Shown here one piece after another: positions 57,245 through 64,000 of a DNA stretch of 64,000 nucleotides (position 1 is the first letter of the stretch; each line of letters opens with the position of its first letter). The notes beneath the pieces are model-generated. The model worked only from the letters and a program-made list of their open reading frames with translations. It had not been told where the DNA came from and made no database searches. A program made the translations under genes and the position numbers. The DNA is from an uncultured Clostridia bacterium (GTDB lineage: Bacteria > Bacillota > Clostridia > TANB77 > CAG-508): NCBI GenBank assembly GCA_944393465.1, contig CALYAG010000007.1, forward strand, positions 12,844 through 76,843. The letters run 5' to 3'.

Positions 57245-58864
57245 ATGGTTGCTCCACGGCTTATCGCATTAATACCGACTGTATTGCTAGGTATATTAAC
57301 CAACTACTTGGCTTTACCAGCTATGAATCTTCAGTCTTATGGATTGTTGTGGTTCATTTTTAGTTTTTTGGTTATTTACCTCTTCTTTGCTTCCTTGTTT
57401 ACAATCATTGCCGATGAAGAGCTAAGTATCTTTGAAATTGGTATTGGAATTGTAGCAGCAGTATTTTTTGTATTTATTTTAGCTGCTTCTTTTTTCTCTT
57501 CAAAACTCATCAACTGGAAACAATACCAGAGCATGATTGAGATTGAAGAAAGCGATGAAACAGCTTTTGCAAATGATGTTGCTTCTGCAACACACCTTGA
57601 AAACTTGGCAGTTGTAGATGTTGGAACAGCGCAAAACATTGGAGACAGAACTCTGGCAAATATTGCAAACCCATCTTGGTACAGTGTAAATTCTGAATAC
57701 AATCTTATATTGTATCATGGCAATCAATATCGGATTAGCCCCATAAACTATGGTGGTTTCTTCGAATATCTCAATGCTTCGTCTACTGGACTCCCTGGTT
57801 ATGTTCTTGTAGATGCAGTAACTCAAGAAGCAAAGTTGGTAACATTAGAAGAACCCGTTCGTTACTCTCCTTCAGCATTTTTTGAATATGATTTAAAAAG
57901 GCACTTAAGAAATCAATATCCAAGTGCAATGTTTGGAAAATCATTTTTTGAAATTGATGAAGAAGGTAATCCTTTTTGGATAACGTCCATAAAGAATCCT
58001 CATATTGGACTTTTGGGCGGTATGAAAGAGGACTCTTTCGTAATTACTAATGCTTGCACAGGTGAAAGTGAAAAGTATGTTGTTGAAAATTTACCAGAAT
58101 GGGTTGATCATGCTTTCGACCGTGATTATTTAATGAACTTGGTTGAAAATCATTATAGCCTTGCAAATGGCTATTTCAACTTTTCTAATAACAATAAGAA
58201 TCACACATCTTTTGCTTATGCTAGTCACGGTTTTGCAGGATATAATACCACATTGTCCAAAGATGGTATTGTATTTTATACAGGTATAACTCCTGCAAAT
58301 AGCTCTGAGTCCAACATTGGTTTTGTTCTGGTTAGTCCAAGAACAGGTAAAGCAAAATTTTACAGTTGTGTTGGTGCCGAAGAATCTTCCGCTCAATCCG
58401 CAGTAGAAGGACTTGTATCAGACTTAAAGTATACGGCTACATTCCCCACTGTAATAAACATTGCGGGAAAGCCAACATACTTTATGACACTTAAAGACGG
58501 TGCATCTTTAATTCAAAGATACGCACTTTGCAATGTGTCTAATTATTCAATAGCTGTACAAGCACCTACTGTAGAAGAAGCACTTTCTCTTTATCTCGAG
58601 AGATTAGGTGTTACTTCTATAGTAGAAGAAGCTCCTGAATCTGAGACTCTAAGTACTTCTGGCACAATAGCATTCTTGTCACAAGTTTCTATTGATGGAA
58701 CAACATATTACTGTTTACAACTTGATGGAGATAGCAATTTGTATATGTCGTCCATCAAACTGAACCCAAGACAAGTATTTATGACCGTAGCAGATACCGT
58801 AAGCATCGATTATCAGGCAACTGAAAATGAAACAGTATTCCTGGTAACGCACATTGAGCTGTAA
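57245..58864 (+). CDS. Hypothetical membrane protein (three N-terminal TM helices plus a large extracytoplasmic domain), compositionally GC-shifted
   Basis: 539-aa ORF with an AAAGGA RBS. Hydrophobic N-terminus (LIALIPTVLLGILTNYLAL, LLWFIFSFLVIYLFFASLFTII, IGIVAAVFFVFILAASFF). The first 100 nt contain 40 G+C by hand count. Confidence 0.65.
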   Translation: MVAPRLIALIPTVLLGILTNYLALPAMNLQSYGLLWFIFSFLVIYLFFASLFTIIADEELSIFEIGIGIVAAVFFVFILAASFFSSKLINWKQYQSMIEIEESDETAFANDVASATHLENLAVVDVGTAQNIGDRTLANIANPSWYSVNSEYNLILYHGNQYRISPINYGGFFEYLNASSTGLPGYVLVDAVTQEAKLVTLEEPVRYSPSAFFEYDLKRHLRNQYPSAMFGKSFFEIDEEGNPFWITSIKNPHIGLLGGMKEDSFVITNACTGESEKYVVENLPEWVDHAFDRDYLMNLVENHYSLANGYFNFSNNNKNHTSFAYASHGFAGYNTTLSKDGIVFYTGITPANSSESNIGFVLVSPRTGKAKFYSCVGAEESSAQSAVEGLVSDLKYTATFPTVINIAGKPTYFMTLKDGASLIQRYALCNVSNYSIAVQAPTVEEALSLYLERLGVTSIVEEAPESETLSTSGTIAFLSQVSIDGTTYYCLQLDGDSNLYMSSIKLNPRQVFMTVADTVSIDYQATENETVFLVTHIEL

Positions 58865-58922
58865 ACTTTTATAGCTTACAAAAATTAAGTGAAAAATTAG
58901 ATTCTTTCACTTAGTCCAATGT

Positions 58923-58958
58923 AAAAGCCCTTAGTTAATTAAATAACTAAGGGCTTTT
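58923..58958. terminator. Bidirectional hairpin terminator between the 539-aa gene and the MBL gene
   Basis: AAAAGCCCTTAGTTA-attaaa-TAACTAAGGGCTTTT. Confidence 0.75.
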
Positions 58959-59015
58959 GCAAATTCTAGTTAGCTTATTTTATTATATTTGCAAAATCTT
59001 TTAATCAATGCTAAT

Positions 59016-59636
59016 TTATAAATCAAAAACTACAACTTCTTTATTTTTTACTAATCTTTTAAAATTCTCTCCATCTTCCTTTTTGCCAGCTACACTTCCA
59101 TAATGAGTTGGAACTACTGTTTTTACATTTAATACATTTGCTAAATCTGCCGCCTCTTTATAGTCCATGGTATAAGTTCCGCCAACTGGTAAAAATGCCA
59201 CATCAGCAATAACATTTCTTATTTCTTGGATATTATCTGTATCTCCTGCAATATAATATTTTGTGCCATCAAGGTCAATAATATATCCAACCCAATTATT
59301 TGCTTTTGGATGAAAAGGTTTATCCACATTAAATGCATAAGTTGTGGAAAAGCTCATATTATCAATTGTATAATTTTGATTTGGTTCAACTATTAAAACA
59401 TTTTCTTTTCCAACAAGTTTTTCTGCCTCCGCCCTAGCCGCTTGAACAGTTATAATTTTGGTATTATCCTTTAGAAGCTTTTTAATATCCTCTGGCGAAA
59501 AATGGTCATAGTGAGAATGTGTGCAAAAAATATAATCTGCATCATGTGTTTCCGATTTTATTTCATATGGGTCTATGTATATTTTTTTGCTTCCATTAAG
59601 CCCAATACTATTGTTACAGTTAACATTAAAATTCAT
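59016..59636 (-). CDS. MBL-fold metallo-hydrolase
   Basis: 206 aa with THSHYDH (HxHxDH) and downstream His/Asp ligands. Confidence 0.8.
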   Translation of the reverse strand: MNFNVNCNNSIGLNGSKKIYIDPYEIKSETHDADYIFCTHSHYDHFSPEDIKKLLKDNTKIITVQAARAEAEKLVGKENVLIVEPNQNYTIDNMSFSTTYAFNVDKPFHPKANNWVGYIIDLDGTKYYIAGDTDNIQEIRNVIADVAFLPVGGTYTMDYKEAADLANVLNVKTVVPTHYGSVAGKKEDGENFKRLVKNKEVVVFDL

Positions 59637-59713
59637 TATTAAACGATTCCTCCTCGTATAAAAAATGTTTTAAAGCTATTTATCAATTTATATTTATTGC
59701 ATTAATTTTACTA

Positions 59714-60646
59714 CTATTTTTTATTTTCTATTTCGCCTTTGCCTTCATTTAAAGCCTTCATATTATTTGCAGATTTGTTCATCATTCTTTTAGCAATTGC
59801 ACAAATTATAGGGTTTGTAGCTGAAACAGCTTCTAAATTTTTCTTTAGCCCTAACTCTTTTAGGCAAGTATCTACATAATCTACTGCTAAATCTACACCA
59901 GCTATAAAAGATGCCATATCTGAATTCAAGAAAACCATTGGAAAAGCCATTTCATCTGAAGTAGCAAGTCTTCCTGCTAAACCAGCTTCTGCAATTAAAC
60001 CTTCTTCACTTCCAACCATGTCTTGGAACTCTTGTTTCATTCCTGTATCAGTTGAACCAGGCATTACATTATTTATTCTAATTCCTTTTTTAGCAAAAGC
60101 TACCGCTTGCTCACAAGCAAATTGTGAAAGGCATCTCTTAGAATACATATATGCAAAAGTTGATGGTGCTGAATCAGCAAGCTTTTTAGTAGCTTCTTGA
60201 ACCTCTTTCCAAGTTGTGCAATGAACAACCTTGTTTTGCTCTCTTTTAAATCTTTTCCACTCTTGTCCAGCTGTTGAAGTACAATAAACAATTGAGCCAC
60301 CTTTAGTCATTCTTTTTGCTAAATATTTTAAAGTAATATACATATTTGCAGTGTAGTTGCAATCAAAAGTTGTTCTATAATCTGTTTTTGCTCCTGATAA
60401 ACCTGCTACTCCAAAGAATGAATCAACATGGTCTGGAATTATTTTAAAAGCTTCATCTATATCTTTTTTGTGTGCCAAATTGCATTTTATAAATGATGTA
60501 AGATTTTTTACTTTTGGAGAATTCATATCTAGGCCATATACTTTTGCACCTAAGCTAAGCAAAACTTTGGCAGTAGCTTCTCCCATTCCACTTGAAACTC
60601 CTGTTACAACACATACTTTATCTTTGTATCCAAAATAATCTTTCAT
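59714..60646 (-). CDS. SDR-family oxidoreductase
   Basis: VTGVSSGMGEATA (TGxxxGxG) and YMYSKRC (YxxxK). Confidence 0.8.
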   Translation of the reverse strand: MKDYFGYKDKVCVVTGVSSGMGEATAKVLLSLGAKVYGLDMNSPKVKNLTSFIKCNLAHKKDIDEAFKIIPDHVDSFFGVAGLSGAKTDYRTTFDCNYTANMYITLKYLAKRMTKGGSIVYCTSTAGQEWKRFKREQNKVVHCTTWKEVQEATKKLADSAPSTFAYMYSKRCLSQFACEQAVAFAKKGIRINNVMPGSTDTGMKQEFQDMVGSEEGLIAEAGLAGRLATSDEMAFPMVFLNSDMASFIAGVDLAVDYVDTCLKELGLKKNLEAVSATNPIICAIAKRMMNKSANNMKALNEGKGEIENKK

Positions 60647-60783
60647 TTGTATTTCCTCTCTTTCTTTGGTTTATTAATTGATTTTTGCTATGTTTATTGC
60701 TAAATTTGTATTTGATTGTTATTCTGCGATTATTATATAACAAGTTTTTGTGAAATGTAAAGATTTTTGTCATATTTTAAAAC

Positions 60784-61002
60784 AGAGCCAACATATTGTT
60801 ACTATTCACAGTTTATATTATTTATATAAAGTCTCCAATATATGTGGCTTACGCATTTCAGCGAACGCAGACGACTTCAGAGCGGAGTGGCAGCGAGCGA
60901 GAGTTTTCGCGAATAGCGAAACCTCGAAGCAAATGCGGAAGAATGTATATTGGAGACTTAGTAGAGAAATCTAACTGTAAATAGTAACAATATGTTGGCT
61001 CT
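60784..61002. repeat. Composite element: outer inverted repeat enclosing a long-form CCAATATA-terminus element
   Basis: The outer arms AGAGCCAACATATTGTTACTATTCACAGTT (60784-60813) and AACTGTAAATAGTAACAATATGTTGGCTCT (60973-61002) have one mismatch. Confidence 0.85.
60829..60959. repeat. Long form of the CCAATATA-terminus family, inverted relative to 54126-54279, with a GC-rich core
   Basis: Termini are AAGTCTCCAATATATG and ATGTATATTGGAGACTT. The core is homologous to 54126-54279. Confidence 0.8.
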
Positions 61003-61027
61003 CCCCCTAATTAAAAAATTTCTAAAA

Positions 61028-61507
61028 TTATTTTTCAAAATTAATAAAATGTAAAAAATCTTTTGAATTTTTCTTTATCGCCTCTTTTAGTTTTATAGGC
61101 ACGAACTCTATGCTATCTAATTTGCTTATATCAAGCCAAACAAACTCGAGTTTGCCCTGTTTTTCAGGCTCAATTGGCATAATTTTTTCTTTAAAATAAA
61201 CAGACTCGTCTTTAAATTTTAACTCATGTGTAACTAATAACTCGTGATACAATTTTCCATCCATTTCAAAAAAATTCTCAATAAAAGAAAATGGTCTTAC
61301 ATATTCAATATCTAATCCCATTTCCTCTTTCATTTCTCTTTTTAATGCAGTTATTGTAGATTCTCCATCTTTAACTCTACCACCTGGTAAAGTATAGTGA
61401 TCCTTGTCTAATCCGTGATGTAGCAATATTTTGTCGCCACATCTAAAAACAGCAGACACTCTATAATTGAAAAGTCTCTGCCCAACTTGAATAGAAATAT
61501 CCTCCAT
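61028..61507 (-). CDS. NUDIX hydrolase
   Basis: Nudix box GGRVKDGESTITALKREMKEEMGL (GX5EX7REUXEEXGU). Confidence 0.88.
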   Translation of the reverse strand: MEDISIQVGQRLFNYRVSAVFRCGDKILLHHGLDKDHYTLPGGRVKDGESTITALKREMKEEMGLDIEYVRPFSFIENFFEMDGKLYHELLVTHELKFKDESVYFKEKIMPIEPEKQGKLEFVWLDISKLDSIEFVPIKLKEAIKKNSKDFLHFINFEK

Positions 61508-61690
61508 AAAATACCTCCCTATTACTTTATTAAATTAGAGTTTTGCATAGATTTAAAATACATTTTTTAAACCTTGCTATCTCTGTACAATGTGTACTTA
61601 ACTATATTACACCATTTTAAATGCTTTTGCAATAGATTTTGTACATTATTGCCAGAAAATTATGTATATTTTTTATTATTTTTTGCTGCC

Positions 61691-61734
61691 TTCGACAAAT
61701 TTCGACAGCATTCGACAACATTATGTGCTATAAT
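61691..61734 (+). promoter_or_regulatory. Three phased TTCGACA direct repeats (10-bp period), followed by an extended -10 (TGcTATAAT)
   Basis: ttcgacaaat ttcgacagca ttcgacaaca ttatgTGcTATAAT. Confidence 0.45.
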
Positions 61735-61897
61735 TATGTTAATTTAAGTAAGAAACTTAAATTAAATGTTCCATAAGATTCATATAAGAAGTGTCAATAT
61801 CCCCCAATTAATTCTAATACTGGCACTTCTTCTCCTATTATTTCAGCTTAATTCTCTTATTATTACTTAAATTTTATATAGATAAATTAATCACTTT

Positions 61898-63454
61898 CTA
61901 TATTTGTTTATCTAACTGTCTCATTCTCAAAAATGACTTTGTTAATGGTGTTAATATTTCTTTTGAAAGTCCATTTGTTTTTAGTTCATTACGAAAATTA
62001 GTTGCTGTTGCCTGATCGGCAAACTTAAAAATAATTTTTCCATATTCTGAATCAAAACAATAATAATTTAAATCAAATTGTTTGTGGTGGTTTTTGCATA
62101 GCCAAATTCCATTATCTCCTGAATTAACCAGATAATATTTTTTATAAAAAAGATCGCCACTATATTCACTACTATTTTTAATAATTTCCTGTAAATTATT
62201 TACTTTTATAAAATTATTTATTTGTTTTTGTGTACTATCCTTTATTTGATATACTTCCCATAAGTGTGCCGCATCCAACATATTTACATCATCATTACCA
62301 CAAATAGCGCATTCTGTAGGAATTCCTTTTTTACGAATATTATTTCTAAACAATGTCTGATTCCTTATTTTATTTGATTCTTTATATCTAAGATACATAT
62401 TATCAGCTTTTCTTTTTTCATTCATAAATTCTTCTGTAGTAGTATATTCTATATTAAGATTTGCTAAATCAAAAATTTCCTTAACTGGTTGAGATAACTC
62501 TTCAGCAATCCTTCTCTCATCAGAAGAATAATCAAAATATTGTTTTCCTAATTTAAATTCTATTTTCGTTCCTTCTTTATCTGCTAAAACTTTTAAGCAC
62601 CAGCATTTTAAAAGACTATCATATTGTTGAGCCGAAAGTGATTTAAATATATATGTATATTTTTCTGTCATAAATCTACTGTCACCATCCTCATCAATAC
62701 TTTCTACTTCATCGCATTGTAAGAATGATGGTACATTTCCACTATTTCTGTTAGATATATATGCAATATCTCTTAAATATTTGTTAAAAGAAGCAAATTT
62801 TAAATTATTATGATTTATTCTACTATTACATTGTTCTTCATATTCCGAAAAATCTATATCAGAAATATTTAATACTTTAAAACCTATGGTTTCTAGTTCT
62901 CTATAAGAAAGAGAATTATATAAATTATTAGGATAATTCACATCTTTATCTGTATCTAAAAGATAAAAATTTAAATCAGCAGTTTCTTTATTTTCAAAAT
63001 AGAATTTAAATATTTGATTTATACCTTGCTTTAAATAAGTGTTAGCATGATAATCATCTTCTCCATATTTTGAAGTTTCTTTATTTGATTGACCTTGTAA
63101 GAATTCATATTTTCTATCCTCATCATAATTTGTATTACTCATTCCTACTATATGTTTAAGCACATCATTTTCATAAATTCTAATTATTCTTCCTTTATAC
63201 ACTGAATTATTTGTAACTCTTCTTTGAGCTTGTATATTTTTAGTATTATTTTCTGAAGTATCTTCAATTTCTATAGTTACGTCATTAGAATTAATATTAT
63301 CTCCATATAATAATTTTAAAATACGATTACATACAGGTGTATAAGTTCTTTGATAACAACTGTAAACTTTTACTTTAATTTTCATAATAAATGTCAATCC
63401 TTTCTCTCTTTGCTTGTAAGACAAATAGAGTAATGTAAAATTTTTTTCAATCAA
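61898..63454 (-). CDS. HNH-motif nuclease, putative restriction endonuclease partner of the adjacent methyltransferase
   Basis: The C-terminus has CAICGNDDVNMLDAAHLWEV ... NGIWLCKNHHKQFD (HNH_2-like pattern). The N-terminal ~370 aa are unrecognised. The start is uncertain: TTG at 63454, or ATG at 63385 (MKIKVKV). Confidence 0.65.
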   Translation of the reverse strand: MIEKNFTLLYLSYKQREKGLTFIMKIKVKVYSCYQRTYTPVCNRILKLLYGDNINSNDVTIEIEDTSENNTKNIQAQRRVTNNSVYKGRIIRIYENDVLKHIVGMSNTNYDEDRKYEFLQGQSNKETSKYGEDDYHANTYLKQGINQIFKFYFENKETADLNFYLLDTDKDVNYPNNLYNSLSYRELETIGFKVLNISDIDFSEYEEQCNSRINHNNLKFASFNKYLRDIAYISNRNSGNVPSFLQCDEVESIDEDGDSRFMTEKYTYIFKSLSAQQYDSLLKCWCLKVLADKEGTKIEFKLGKQYFDYSSDERRIAEELSQPVKEIFDLANLNIEYTTTEEFMNEKRKADNMYLRYKESNKIRNQTLFRNNIRKKGIPTECAICGNDDVNMLDAAHLWEVYQIKDSTQKQINNFIKVNNLQEIIKNSSEYSGDLFYKKYYLVNSGDNGIWLCKNHHKQFDLNYYCFDSEYGKIIFKFADQATATNFRNELKTNGLSKEILTPLTKSFLRMRQLDKQI

Positions 63455-63459
63455 GCACC

Positions 63460-64000
63460 TTAATAATTTATTACTATTATCTCTTTTCTATTTGTTCTAT
63501 TTCTTTTAGTAATTTTAGAATCTTCTATTACTCTAAAATTATTTTTTTTAATCCAAGCATTTAATTTTGTATTAACACATTTTGTATGCTCTGAATAATT
63601 TGATAACATAAAAAATGCTCCAATTGAATCTATATACTCCATAAATTCATATAATTTTTCTTCATCTATGTCAGTCCATCCACCAAACCCTCTTTTGCCA
63701 TCTTGATAAACGCCATCATTTCCTAAATATGGTGGATCTAGATATATAAAATCTTCTTTTTTTATGCACTCTTTATACTTTTCAAAAGATCCACTTTTAA
63801 AGTCTATTTTTATTTCATTACATATCAAGTAAAAAGAAATTAATTTTTCATACATTTCATCATTAAAACTTGAATTACCACATGGGTTATTAAATTCAAA
63901 TTTAGAATTAAATCTTATTTGATGTTCAAAGCCAAAACATATCAATAAATACAATAGTATTGGACTTTTATTATTATTATAATCTTCTCTTAACTTATAA
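63460..64000 (-). CDS. Dam-type (D12 class) N6-adenine DNA methyltransferase, C-terminal part; the 5' end is beyond the window
   Basis: The frame is open to position 64000. CFGFEHQIRFNSKFEFNNPCG and FIYLDPPY (motif IV) are typical of Dam-like enzymes. Confidence 0.8.
   Translation of the reverse strand, partial: YKLREDYNNNKSPILLYLLICFGFEHQIRFNSKFEFNNPCGNSSFNDEMYEKLISFYLICNEIKIDFKSGSFEKYKECIKKEDFIYLDPPYLGNDGVYQDGKRGFGGWTDIDEEKLYEFMEYIDSIGAFFMLSNYSEHTKCVNTKLNAWIKKNNFRVIEDSKITKRNRTNRKEIIVINY

Overview
A visibly AT-rich, Firmicutes/Clostridia-like chromosomal segment, with most genes on the minus strand. Left to right: leuS (partial); a csoR-copZ-copA copper operon with a consensus promoter that has a CsoR operator in its spacer; pdp, rnhB, htrA, an M23 peptidase, clpE, pgsA, comEC, an SH3b protein and tRNA-Gly(CCC). 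Next comes a small islet with a frameshifted DUF3644-like gene. Then an isolated str operon (rpsL-rpsG-fusA-tuf) with unusually long spacers, a 683-aa orphan membrane protein, trmFO and a SNF2/SWIM helicase. These are followed by a four-subunit 2-oxoacid:ferredoxin oxidoreductase plus a clostridial ferredoxin, then yaaT-holB-lepB with a WalRK-like two-component pair. A ~2770-aa cyclic beta-1,2-glucan synthase-like giant comes next. The tail looks accessory: an alkylation-repair protein, an LMW-PTP fusion, two SDRs, a GC-shifted membrane protein, an MBL hydrolase and a Nudix hydrolase. It ends in a Dam-type methyltransferase and HNH nuclease pair (putative R-M), cut by the window edge. No rRNA, CRISPR array, transposase or integrase was seen. 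The most unusual signal is non-coding. At least two dispersed inverted-repeat families sit almost exclusively just 3' of stop codons. One is a CAGTTGGGGACGGTCC palindromic REP/MITE-like element at six loci. The other is a CCAATATA-terminus element with short hairpin forms and long forms carrying a GC-rich core, one of them nested in another repeat. Other points are a conserved dyad-containing block shared by the htrA and an 87-aa ORF upstream regions, Asn-rich low-complexity insertions in housekeeping proteins, and a GC-rich gene remnant or sRNA candidate with its own strong terminator. All protein family calls rest on motif recognition by eye and need HMM/BLAST confirmation.
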